Assembly (NCBI RefSeq): GCF_018977255.1
Contig: NW_024704743.1
Coordinates: forward strand, 48,672,001 to 48,736,000
Length of the DNA stretch: 64,000 nt
Direction of reading: 5' to 3'
Source: Callorhinchus milii
Lineage: Eukaryota
Position 1 is the stretch's first letter. Each line of letters begins with the position of its first letter. A program made the translations under genes and the position numbers. Shown here piece by piece: positions 52,832 through 64,000 of the stretch. The notes beneath the pieces were generated by a model. It had not been told where the DNA came from. It made no database searches and saw only the letters and a program-made list of their open reading frames with translations.

Positions 52832-53335
52832 CTCTTTTGTGAGTTCACTTGCATTTGGTGCGGCCACCGCCTCGAGGCTCTCCACCGGCTCACAGTCGAG
52901 GTTTGCTCGGGTATTGTCGCTCTCGCCACCCGCGCCGTCACCGCCTCCCCCCGGGCCGCCGGCACCGCTCAGCGGGTCAAGGTTTTGCTGCCCGTCGCTG
53001 GGATCCTCCGTATCCCGGTGGGCGAACCAGGCGTTCACCTCGGTGCGTGGGATCCGGAGCCGATCCAAGGAGCGCACTTGGCTCAGAAGCCTCCTGGCCG
53101 TGAAATAATAGTCCAGGTCCGAGCACTTGGGGTGCAGGCTGCTGCCGCTCCGGGTGTCCCTCAGGCTGTGGAACGGGATCTGGGTGTAAGCGGAACTTTG
53201 GCCCAAAATGATCTCGCCCAGGAGAGGCCGAGGGGAGCCCAGGTAGGAGTCCACATCCACGCGGACTCCGACTAAACTCAGGAGTACAGTGAACTGGATG
53301 AGTCCTTCTGTGAAATACTTCTTCAAGCAGCACAT
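52832..53335 (-). CDS. nfe2l3: CNC-bZIP factor first coding exon (MCCLKKYFTEGLIQFTVLLSLVGVRVDVDSYL...VNAWFAHRD...ELTKE), NHB1/NHB2 ER-targeting N-terminal domain
   Basis: ATG at 53335 (track start at 53377 is a GTG), donor GAG|gtagcg, 168 codons; acceptor ttcctcag places the exon start at 53445. Confidence 0.92.
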
Positions 53336-53469
53336 CTTACTTTTGCCAACACGGGGAGGCGCGGACAGCAGAGCCACCGTGAGAGCAGAGAGGCCGAGAG
53401 CCCTTTCCTCCCGCTGCTCGTGTCAGCCCCACAGCTGCCCACAAGCTGAGGAACAAAGGGGGAAATGAC

Positions 53470-54278
53470 CGGCCAGAGAGAGGGAGCGGGGGGGGGGGGG
53501 CAGCGGCCAGAGAGAGGGAGGGGGGCAGCGGCCAGAGAGAGGGGGGGGGGGGGGGCAGCGGCCAGAGAGAGGGAGGGGGCAGCGGCCAGAGAGAGGGAGC
53601 GGGGGGGGGGGGGCAGCGGCCAGAGAGAGGGAGGGGGGGGGCAGCGGCCAGAGAGAGGGAGCGGGGGGGGGGGGCAGCGGCCAGAGAGAGGGAGGGGGGG
53701 GGCAGCGGCCAGAGAGAGGGAGCGGGGGGGAGGGCAGCGGCCAGAGAGAGGGAGGGGGGGGGGGCAGCGGCCAGAGAGAGGGGGGGGGGGGCAGCGGCCA
53801 GAGAGAGGGAGCGGGGGGGGGAGGGCAGCGGCCAGAGAGAGGGAGCGGGGGGGGGCAGCGGCCAGAGAGAGGGGGGGGGGGGCAGCGGCCAGAGAGAGGG
53901 GGGGGGGCAGCGGCCAGAGAGAGGGAGGGGGGCAGCGGCCAGAGAGAGGGAGGGGGCAGCGGCCAGAGAGAGGGAGGGGGCAGCGGCCAGAGAGAGGGAG
54001 GGGGCAGCGGCCAGAGAGAGGGAGCGGGGGGGGGGCAGCGGCCAGAGATAGGGAGGGGGCAGCGGCCAGAGAGAGGGAGGGGGCAGCGGCCAGAGAGAGG
54101 GAGCGGGGGGGGGGGCAGCGGCCAGAGAGAGGGAGGGGGCAGCGGCCAGAGAGAGGGAGGGGGGGGGCAGCGGCCAGAGAGAGGGAGGGGCAGCGGCCAG
54201 AGAGAGGGAGGGGGGGGCAGCGGCCAGAGAGAGGGAGCGGGGGGGGGGCAGCGGCCAGAGAGAGGGAGGGGGGGCAGC
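53470..54278 (+). repeat. G-rich minisatellite, unit about GGGGCAGCGGCCAGAGAGAGGGA(GC)Gn
   Basis: Directly visible tandem array with variable G runs. Confidence 0.97.
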
Positions 54279-54339
54279 GCTCACACAGACGGGCACTTTT
54301 ATCCGACCCCCAAATACACAACAAATGTCCAACCCCAAA

Positions 54340-54684
54340 GCCCCCACACACACCCCCCAACACACACACACACCCAACACACACACACAACACTCACACA
54401 CCCCCAACACACACACACACACACCCAACACACACACCCAACACACACACCCAACACTCACACACACCCCAACACAAACCCCAACACTCACACACCCCCC
54501 AACACTCACACACACCCCAACACACACACACACCCAACTCACACACACCCCAACACACACACACACCCAACTCACACACCCCCCAACACTCACACACCCC
54601 CCAACACTCACACACACCCCAACACACACACACACCCAACTCACACACACCCCAACACACACACACACCCCAACACACACACAG
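54340..54684 (+). repeat. CA-rich low-complexity tandem repeat (CCCCAACAC(T)CACACA)n
   Basis: Directly visible. Confidence 0.95.
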
Positions 54685-54759
54685 ACTTGAGGATTGATTG
54701 GGGAAGGAAACAGAAGTGTGGCCCCAGGTGTGTCTCTCTCTCTCTCTCTCTCCGGCACC

Positions 54760-54985
54760 CACGGGAGTCTATAGAAGTCGCCACATTTTCTTTTTGTATA
54801 TAACAATTTACATGTGAAGGCCGGGAGCGGAGGGTCAGGTTACAGCGAGTGTTTGATGTGCTTCTGGCGGGGCCGCGGCTGTTCAGTGACCAACCGTCAC
54901 CAGCAGCGCCGCCTCACGCGGCTCTCTACTGACTTCCGGCAGTTAGTCTGGTAGCGCGTCACCGGAAACTGTCACCGGCTCCAGC
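54760..54985 (-). promoter_or_regulatory. Putative nfe2l3 core promoter / non-coding first exon
   Basis: CpG-rich unique patch with ETS motifs ACTTCCGG (54932-54939) and ACCGGAAA (54961-54968); the acceptor at 53446 requires an upstream non-coding exon. Confidence 0.55.
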
Positions 54986-54988
54986 ACT

Positions 54989-55840
54989 CCCCCCCCCCCC
55001 CCAGCCTGCCCCTCCCCCCCCAGCCTGTCCCCACCCACCCAGCCTGTCCCCCCCCCCAGCCTGCCCCTCCCCCCCAGCCTGTCCCCACCCACCCAGCCTG
55101 TCCCCCCCCCCCCAGCCTGCCCCTCCCCCCCCCAGCCTGTCCCCCACCCACCCAGCCTGTCCCCCCCCCCCAGCCTGCCCCCCCCCCAGCCTGCCCCCCC
55201 CCCCACCCAGCCTGCCCCCCCCCCACCCAGCCTGCCCCCCCCCCAGCCTGCCCCCCCCCCCACCCATCCTGCCCCCCCCCACCCACCTGCCCCCCCCCCA
55301 CCCAAGCCTGCCCCCCCCCACCCAGCCTGCCCCCCCCCCACCCAGCCTGCCCCCCCCCCACCCAGCCTGCCCCCCCCCCAGCCTGCCCCCCCCACCCAGC
55401 CTGCCCCCCCCCCCCCAGCCTGCCCCCCCCCCACCCAGCCTGCCCCCCCCCCCCACCCAGCCTGCCCCCCCCCACCCAGCCTGCCCCCCCCCCCCAGCCT
55501 GCCCCCCCCCAGCCTGCCCCCCCCCCCCAGCCTGCCCCCCCACCCAGCCTGCCCCCCCCCAGCCTGCCCCCCCCAGCCTGCCCCCCCCCCAGCCTGCCCC
55601 CCCCCCAGCCTGCCCCCCCCCCAGCCTGCCCCCCCCCCAGCCTGCCCCCCCCACCCAGCCTGCCCCCCCACCCAGCCTGCCCCCCCCCCACCCAGCCTGC
55701 CCCCCCCACCCAGCCTGCCCCCCCCACCCAGCCTGCCCCCCCCACCCAGCCTGCCCCCCCCCCAGCCTGCCCCCCCCCACCCAGTCTGCCCCCCCCAGCC
55801 TGCCCCCCCCCCCAGCCTGCCCCCCCCAGCCTGCCCCCCA
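54989..55840 (+). repeat. C-rich minisatellite (CnCAGCCTG)n, G-rich on - strand
   Basis: Directly visible tandem array. Confidence 0.97.
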
Positions 55841-56690
55841 GGAGAGCCTGCAGGATGGGGTTCCAGAGGCTGGGGGCACAGTGGATGAAGACCCGCCCGC
55901 CAATGATGGGGCAGTCGAGGTGCGGGGACGTGAAGCAGGCTGGAGCCCGCTGAGTGGAGGGAGCGGGCAGGGTAGTAGGGGATTAGGGGGTCACAGAGGT
56001 AGGGGAGAGCAAGGCCATGGAGGGCTTTGAAAGTGAGGACCAGGATCTTGAACTTTATTCTCTGTGATGGGAACCCAGTGGAGGCGAGTGATAGGGTCGT
56101 GGAGCCTGGTACGGAAGAGGACATGGGCTGCAGTGTTCTGGATGATCTGAAGCCTATGAAGGGAGAAGTTGGGGAGGCTGACAAGCAGGGAGTTTGCATA
56201 GTCGAGCCTGGATGTTACAAATGTGTGTATGAGGATCTCGCCAGGCCTGCGGTGAGTGTTGCGGAGGTGGGGAAAGGCAGAGGAGCGGGTCTTGGCATGG
56301 ATGTGGGGTATGAAGGACAGTGAGGGTTGAACAGGACACCGAGGTTCCATATTGGCTCTGTGAGATTTGGAGTGCATCCATGGAGGGAGATGCTATCAGC
56401 ACCCGAGGTATGAGACGCTGACAGCATCTCCCTCCATGGATGCACGGGAGCCAATGGGAGCCAAGCAGAGGGCCTCGGTCTTGTTGACATTCAACCGCAG
56501 GAAGTTAGCTCTCATCCAGGACTTGATGTCCGACAGGCCGTCTGTGAGGACAGCAGTGGTCCTGGAATTCAGGGTGGAGGCAAAGAGATAGAGTTGGGTG
56601 TCATCCGCATAGATGTGGAAGTGGACCCCATGTCTGCAGATGATGTCACCGAGGGGGAATATACAGATATTGAAAAGTAGAGTGCCTAGG
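55840..56690 (-). mobile_element. L2 subfamily A RT fragment whose 3' end is replaced by the minisatellite
   Basis: YADDTQLY and TSRLDYANSLL. Confidence 0.9.
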
Positions 56691-56707
56691 ATAGACGGAA
56701 GCCGCTG

Positions 56708-56985
56708 GAGACACCCCCACCACACACACACCTAAACACAAACACCCCCAGAGGCACTCCCCTCACCACAGAGACGACACACACAGAGACCCAACCACCA
56801 CACCTAGACCCCCACAGAGTCCCTCTCTGACACCTAGATGCTGTGCAGAAACCCCCCCCTCTATATCTAGACACACCCCAGACACCCCATACACCTAGAC
56901 ACTCCGCAGACACGCCCATACATTCCCCAGAGACGCCCACCATACCTAGACACTCCACTTCACAACATACCCAGAGACCTAAGAT
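56708..56985 (+). repeat. Degenerate CA-rich repeat (AGACACCCC/CCTAGAC units)
   Basis: Directly visible low-complexity units. Confidence 0.7.
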
Positions 56986-57799
56986 GTTTGAGCTAGATCT
57001 TGCGGTTGACTGTGAGGGTACTTTTGCGCCATCTGAACTCGAGTGCACAGGCTGTTGGGATTTAAGGGCACAAGAATTGTTATTTAAAGGTTGCTGTTGT
57101 ACAAGGGGAGCAGGTGGAGTGGGAGATGGTCCTGGACTTCTGGGGAGCAAGTGAGTTGAAGGTGGAGGAGATTGTTTAGCAGATTCATTGCTGCATTAAG
57201 ATCACTGCAGGTGGACAGCCAGAGGGAGACAAGGTCCGAGGAATCAGAGGTCATTAGTAAGGGACTTAGGGGGGAGCTTTTTCCAGTAGCAAAAGCAGGT
57301 AGTGGAAGGTTTGGTGGATGGAAATAAGACGTGGTAAGTGAGGGAGATCTTCAATGATCTCCTTCCTTTTGGATTAATGCTCTCGATTTAAATCCAAGCG
57401 TTTTGTTTGCCTTTTTTATGGACTTATTCACCTTAATGATCTGCATGTCTGCATACTGAGCTTCCTTAGCTCCTCTATTCTCTTTAAAATGTTACCATTT
57501 AAGGTGTATTTCCTTTTGCCATTTTTATATTTTATTTAATGTCATCTATGGATGTGTCATTTTGATTCACTCATCTTTTTCATTTCCTTTTTTTTAAAAT
57601 TTATTTATTGATCTAAAAAGTTCACTAAATACCATAATTTATTTTTCAGTTCCACTTTTTAATTTTTATATTAAACATTTTTTCCATCTGCAAGGTCAAT
57701 TTTTTTTAAAAAAAGGTTATTTTTTGCTAGGGGAGTTTTTCTTTAAATGTTAAGTTCCTGTAAGAAAATGTTCAATTCCGGTGTACTTCTAAACGTATA

Positions 57800-58352
57800 C
57801 TCTAAGATGACACTCCAATGCACTGCTGGGGCTGTGCTGATCGTTGGAGGTGCCATCTTTCAGATGAGACATTAAATATTATTATAATAATTTATAATAA
57901 TCCCTCCAAAACCAAAAAAAACAATAATAAATTGGTCATTTTCAATCTACGACTGTTTGTGGGACATTGCTGTGCGCAATTGGCTGCCGCGTTCGCCCAC
58001 AAATATACAGTCAATTCACTTTACAGTGTGTTCTGTGAAGCGCTTTGGGACGTCCTCCCGACGTGAAAAGCGCTATATCAAATGCAAGGATTATTATTAT
58101 TATTATTAAGACCCATCTGTCTGTTCAGGTAGACGTTAAAGATCCAGGGCACTATTCAAAAAGAGATGGGAGTTTCTCCTAGCCAACAACCATTCACTTC
58201 ATAGCTCTTTGTGAGATATTGCTGTGTGCAAAATTAACTGCCATGTTCACCCTCAAAACACACAGGCACTGCACTTTACAGTATATCATGTGAAACGCTT
58301 TGGGGCATCCTTTCGACATGATAGGCACTGTACTAAAGTGAGGATTATTAAT
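57800..58352 (+). mobile_element. SINE family 2 interrupted by a young family-1 3' module (57877-58107)
   Basis: cagatgagacattaaa|insert|gacccatctgtctgttcaggtagacgttaaagatcc. Confidence 0.82.
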
Positions 58353-58534
58353 ATTCCGTATATGTACTTGTTTCATGATTGTGGAATGTTCTTGCATTAT
58401 TGTATGAAAAAATAAATGTTTTCAGAAACCAGGTTGCTCAATTCCAGCGTTCCCTTGCCAAACATATCACCTTGGAGCCAGTTCAGTTCCAAAGAGACCT
58501 GCTTACCTTCCACCAAGGAGGATAATTGTTTTGC

Positions 58535-58656
58535 AAAAGGGATTAAGCGATATGGGGATAAGGCAGGGTCAGGTTATTAGCTGGAGTTAGATTAGAAGAT
58601 CAGCCATGATTGAATGGCGGGGCAGGCTCGAAGGGCCGAATGGCCTACTCCTGCTC
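58535..58656 (+). mobile_element. CR1-type LINE 3'UTR fragment (similar piece at about 25245-25302)
   Basis: gcaggctcgaagggccgaatggcctactcctgctc terminal motif. Confidence 0.7.
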
Positions 58657-59736
58657 AAGAGAGAAAATAAGAATAAAAGAAAAAAAATAAGAATAATCAT
58701 TAGTTGATCATTTGACGTCTGACAAGTTTGAGTGCTCACTAGGTGAAGAGCAGTTACCAGCAATTCCCTGAGAACTTCCTGGTAGACAACACAGCTCAGC
58801 ATGAAATGAGTGACAGCATTGTCACCATTTTCCTGTCTGCAGGTTGAGCAATGGTTCCATTCGATGGAGGTATGGAACTTGACCAGCAGCCACTTACAAA
58901 TCCAGGTGGTTTCCAAGCCACATACAAGATAACCGCTTACAGTGAAATAAAGTGCAGTAATGGATTCTGATAACAGTGAAAATTACAAAAACAAAATTTA
59001 AATGGGCTTCAGCACCATTTGAACATGAAATTACTGTTCTTCACCTTGGGCATTTTATGGAGGGGGTTATCTGGATGCCGGACACATGCGGAAACCCACT
59101 ACCATGCTTAGAAACAAATTGCGCTGAGAGCTTTATACGTTTCGCCTACAAAATATACAGTCAATTCACTTTACAGCATATTCTGTGAAGTACTTTGAGA
59201 CGTTTCAAAGACCTGATGAGGCGCTATGTCCTGCATGAACAACAACAAAATTACATTTGTATAGCGCCTTTCACGTCGGGAGGATGTCCCAAGGCGCTGG
59301 GCAGACAGAGTTTTGGAACCGAGCTAGGACCACCCTACTCAATAGGGCTTTGATTGCACGGTTAACAGGAGTGAGAACTCTGTGTAGCTGAATATTGGAT
59401 GTCCAATTCATGGATTTTGACATTCAACTACCAAGCGGTGGGATACTTACTATTCTGAGTATTATCTGGTACAAAGCGTTCTAAATATCACATACGCTGT
59501 TCAATTGAACTCTGTGTGTTTTGGATGGAGAAATGAAAAGTCTAAAATATATCTTGCATTAATAGAACAGACTTCAATATCTGAGAAATCATGTGATACC
59601 TCTCTTGGAAAAGTGTAATTGAGTTCCCAATCTGCACTCCCTTTAGAAGCTATTACAGTGTCAAAAAAAACTTCTGGCATCTCAGAAACATCATTGGCAA
59701 AAGATCTGCCTCGATTTCCTGCCAGAGGCAAATTTG

Positions 59737-60558
59737 TACAACAACAACAACAAGATTCCATTTATAGAGCGCCTTTCACGTCGGGAGGACGACCCAAGGC
59801 GCTGTACAGTTGGGTCAGGACCCGAGCAGGAGGGAAATGGTCAGGGTGAGGGAAGGGAGGGAGCGAGGAGGGGGTAGAGAGTAGAGAGGAGAGCTGAAGG
59901 CACAGTCAAAGAGAAAGGTCTTGAGACCGGCCTTGAAGGAGGAAAGGGAGGAGGCGGCGAAGGCACTGGGGGATGAAGTTCCAAAGCCTCGGGGCTGAGA
60001 GTCTGAAGGCCCGGCCACCGATGGTAGGGCGGTTGGGGCGGAGGATGTGGAGCAGACCGGAGCCAGAGGAACGGAGGGTACGGGCAGGTAGGTAGGGGGA
60101 TAGTAGGTCGGAGAGGTAGGAGGGAGCGAGGCCGTGAATGGCCTTGTAGGTGAGGATGAGGATCTTGAATTCGATCCTCTGGGGGATGGGGAGCCAGTGG
60201 AGGCGAGCGAGGGTGGGAGTGATGTGGTCCCGAAGCCTGGTGCGGGACAGTACACGAGCTGCAGAGTTCTGAATGACCTGCAGCTTGTGGAGGGAGGTGG
60301 CGGGAAGGCCGGCGAGGAGAGAGTTCCCATAGTCCAGCCTTGAGGTGACAAAGGCGTGGACCAGAGTTTCAGCAGCGTGAGGGGTGAGGTAATGCCGTAG
60401 TCTGGCGATGTTCCGGAGGTGATGGAAGGCAGTGCCAGTTGTGGCGCGGATATGAGGGGGAAAGGACAGCTCAGGGTCGAACAGAACGCCGAGGTTCCTG
60501 ACTGGCTTTGAGAGGTTGAGAGTGCAGCCTTGGATGCTGATGCTGTCAGCGCCAGTAC
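59737..60558 (-). mobile_element. Young 5'-truncated L2 subfamily A
   Basis: About 200 uninterrupted codons of RT C-terminus with CpGs retained; (TTG)n tail. Confidence 0.94.
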
Positions 60559-61286
60559 AGATTGTTAAATGCTTCAAAATTGCTTCTGGAAGACTAATAA
60601 AAATGAAGATGTTTTGACTGAAATATGTTGCATAAAGTAAGAAGTGTAGTCAACAGCAGACTCGGGATATTCAAACACTGTTAACAATTTTGAGAAATTC
60701 AAATGATAGGAAGTCATCTCACTTAACCTGAAAAGCAGGTTTTTGAACAAAACTACTGAAAAGAGGGAATGAAAAGCCAAATAATAAGCTTTCAGGACCA
60801 ATTAACTTTCAATTGAAAACTAGTGGAGGCTTGAAAACAATCTTGTGAAAATGTGGAGGCAGTATTCAAATTATCGGCTAAGCAAAACTTTCAGTGAGCT
60901 TGCGATTCTTGGTGGGCAAATGTATCCCATTCGCCAGTGGTTTGTAAATTTACCAATTTTAGTTTTGCAAAGTTACAGTAGGATAAACTATGGCCTCAAT
61001 CATTTTTTTTCTCAGCATGTAGTTTCTTTGTGAGTCCAAACAGACACCACTGAATCACCATTCAGTATTCAACAGAAGGATAAAACTGATGGATAATTGT
61101 TTAATATCACAGGACAGTTTCCATTACTACTGTTTAATACTAGTACTAATAATATAGTAATACTATTATTTTCTGTGGGAGTATAATCCCAAAATAATTT
61201 GCTTCTGATTTAGGTTTAGAAAATGTTTGAAAGTGTGAAATATCAGTGAGGTTCAAAGAAAAAGAAGACGGGAAATAAAGTTAAAG

Positions 61287-61634
61287 ATAATAATATTAAT
61301 CCTTGCATTGGATATAACGCCTTATCACATCATTGTGACGTCTCAAAGCACTTCACAGGATAAAGTGGAACGACTGTGTTTTGTGGCCAAAACGTGGCAG
61401 CCAATTGCGCCCAGCAGTGTCCCACAAACAATTGTGGATTGTGTGACCAAATTATCAGTATTATTATTTTTGAGGGATTGTTCACCCCGGAAAGCAATCC
61501 ACTAATCGACTAACAATTGGGTTTCTGCTTACTGCTAGGTAAACAGAGGCGTGTGGAGTAAGGAAACTTGCCTAAGGTTTTGCCCCACCCAGGAATTGAC
61601 CCTAGGTCCTCTCGCTTGCGAGGTGCGTGCTTTA
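61287..61634 (-). mobile_element. Near full-length SINE family 1
   Basis: Head, body and tail recognisable. Confidence 0.85.
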
Positions 61635-62449
61635 TAAATATTTAAAGGTAAGATTTAAATATATTAGTCAGCATTCAAGCTGAAGAATTCCCAAAGATGA
61701 GATAATACTAATCTTATATTATGAGTTTGTCTGCAGAGACATGTCCACCCCTGGAGGCAATTGGTAAAGAAAAACATTTGGATTTTTCAACACCAGATTT
61801 GGAAGAACAATTTTCTGAGTCAGATTTCTCATTGCCTGCAATTAGAGATTAACTACTTAATGAAAAGCAATCAATAATGCACTAAGACCAATTACATCTG
61901 CGCATGTGTGAACATTTGACACAATCTTCGTTGTTTCACATTGATGTCAGATGCCCTTGTGCAAAACGATTAGATTATTTTTGAAATCGGTGATAATGAA
62001 ATAACAATAACAAGACTGGTATGAAGTCAGTATCAAAGTCCCTAATATTTATAATAATAATAATCCTTGCATTTTGATATAGCGTTTTCCACATCTTGTA
62101 GACGTCTCAAAGCGCTTCACAGAATATACTGTAAAGTGAATTGACTGCATGACCTGACCTCTGCTACCACTGTTTCTGTAGAGAACACAGAAATCAATGT
62201 CTAATTATGGTGTGAGTTCACACAAGTGTCTGCTGTCAACTCACTACTTAAATAATCACCTCCAGTTATTTACTCATGTGTGGAATGCCATTTTGTTGTA
62301 AGTTGCTGCAGCTCCCTTTGGAAGAGTTGGGGACTTATAAAAGTGTCACTGCGTGAACTGATATTGCCTTCAGTTTAGTGCCACAATATAAAATTGGCAT
62401 AACTGAAGTTTGCAATAGTTCAGCAATTCAACATTGCCTTCCATTTTCC

Positions 62450-64000
62450 ATCTTATCTCTCTAGCCTTGATCTTCTGCACTACTCCAACCTAGCCCTCCA
62501 ACCTGATCACCATTTCATCTCCCTCAACTCCCATATCCCTCTCCCCACTGCCTCCAAACCAACCACCATCTTCCACCGCCCGTGGAAGAAGATCTCCCCG
62601 CAATCCCTCTCTGCTGCCCTGGAGTCCTCTGAACTCCTCCCCCTCTGGCCCACCTCTCGCACCAACCCACTTGGTGCGCTTACTCTTCTCCACAGCACCC
62701 TCTCGACCACACTCGACGTCCTTGCCCCCCTCACCTCCCGAACTGCCTCCTATTCCCGATCCTCACCCTGGTTCACCAGCCACCTCTGCTCGCTTAAGGG
62801 CCAGAAGTGGGCTGCCAAACCCACTTGGCTCAAATCCGGCTTAATGGTCCACCACCACATCTGGCTGGACCACATCAAGAACTACCACTCCGCTCTCACC
62901 TCAACCAAATCATCCTCCTATTCCAGGTTAATCCTGGAGGTGAAGGCCAACCCAGGCTCCTGTTCTCCACCACCAACCGGCTCCTCCGCCCTCCCCGCCA
63001 TGCCTTGCCGATTCTTTCCTCTGACTCTCACTGTGGGAAAATGCTGGACTTCCTCGAGTTCAAAATTAAGGGAATCTGCTCAGCTGCCACTGCCCTCCCA
63101 ACTTCCACCCCTCCCTACCCCCACCCCACACAATTACCCATCCGACAATTACCCATCCCTCCTTCCACATCTTTGAACCTGTCAACCCCTCCTCTGTCTT
63201 CACCACCATAACCTCCATGAAGCCCACCACCTGGACCCCATCCCCACCCCTACTTAAATCCCAGCTCCACCTCCTTGCCCCACTACTTGCCAACATCATT
63301 AACCTCTCCCTGTCATCTGGCACTGTTCCTTCCCCCCTCAAGACAGCCACAATCTCCCCCCTTGAAGAAACTTTCCCTCGACCCATCGCAGCTATCTAGC
63401 TACCAGCCCATCTCAAATCTTTCTTTCCTATCCAAGGCCCTTGAGAGAGCCATTGCCTCCCAGCTTCGCTCTTTCCTCTCCTCTCATTCCCTCCATGACC
63501 CCCTCCAATCAGGTTTCCATGCTGCCCACGGAAACTGCTCTGGTCAAGGTCACAAATGAGATCCTGACCATGTGTGACCAGGGCTCCTTCTGCCTCCTCG
63601 ACCTCTCCGCCGCCTTTGACACCGTGGACCACTCAATCCTCCTCCACCGCCTCTCCTCCCACCTCAACCTTCAAGGTTCTGTCCTTGACTGGTTCAGGTC
63701 CTACCTTTCGCACCGCCTCCACTTCGTCGCAGCAAACGGCTTCTCCTCCAGCCCGTGCACCATCTCGTGCGGTGTTCCTCAGGGCTCTGTCCTCTGTCCC
63801 CTCCTCTTCACCCTCTACATGCTCCGCCTTGGTGACATCATCCTCAGACATGAGGTAAATTTCCACGTGTATGCAGTTGACATCCAACTCTACCTCTCTG
63901 CCTCCACCCTGAACTCCAGGACTACTGGCGTCCTGACCGACTGCCTGTCCGACATCAAGTCCTGGACGAGGGCCAACTTTCTCCAACTCAACATCAGCAA
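62450..64000 (+). mobile_element. L2 LINE (end of endonuclease, tether, RT), runs off window end
   Basis: [31 protein letters not shown] remnants. Confidence 0.92.

Noticed and set aside
52730..53275. 181-aa antisense ORF over nfe2l3 exon 1
   Set aside because: Expected shadow ORF of a GC-rich coding exon; no recognisable motifs
33337..53335. Calling the CNC gene nfe2l1 or nfe2l2
   Set aside because: nfe2l2 lacks the NHB1 N-terminal domain and has ETGE; nfe2l1 is not adjacent to an hnRNP A gene in known vertebrate synteny; nfe2l3 preferred pending phylogeny
53470..54278. CRISPR-like regular repeat
   Set aside because: Spacers are only variable G runs, context is eukaryotic, no cas genes
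53323..56199. Long ORFs of 257-489 aa (Pro/Ala-, Gly- or Arg-rich)
   Set aside because: Translations of stop-free minisatellites, open in several frames and on both strands; not genes

Overview
Vertebrate genomic DNA, most likely a cartilaginous fish (possibly a holocephalan), judged from the L2/CR1 LINE and tRNA-derived SINE repertoire; this is an inference. Two complete, convergent protein-coding genes are present. (1) hnrnpa2b1 on +: 10 coding exons from ATG 117 to TAG 22201, 339 aa, A2-type with no B1 exon found, followed by a spliced 3'UTR. (2) A CNC-bZIP gene on -: 4 coding exons from ATG 53335 to TAA 33337, about 713 aa. Tail-to-tail synteny with hnrnpa2b1 identifies it as nfe2l3, but the protein is strikingly NFE2L1/Nrf1-like in its N-terminal half. 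Most remaining sequence is L2 and CR1 LINE fragments, two SINE families, a mariner-type MITE and G/C-rich minisatellites flanking the putative nfe2l3 promoter. Most ORFs in the track are LINE fragments or repeat artefacts. I see no clearly new biological system. The best leads are the Nrf1-like ancestral state of Nfe2l3, candidate NMD-coupled 3'UTR splicing of hnrnpa2b1, a predicted stop-free circRNA over the prion-like domain, a promoter-bearing long L2, and two near-perfect hairpins. Repeat boundaries are approximate.
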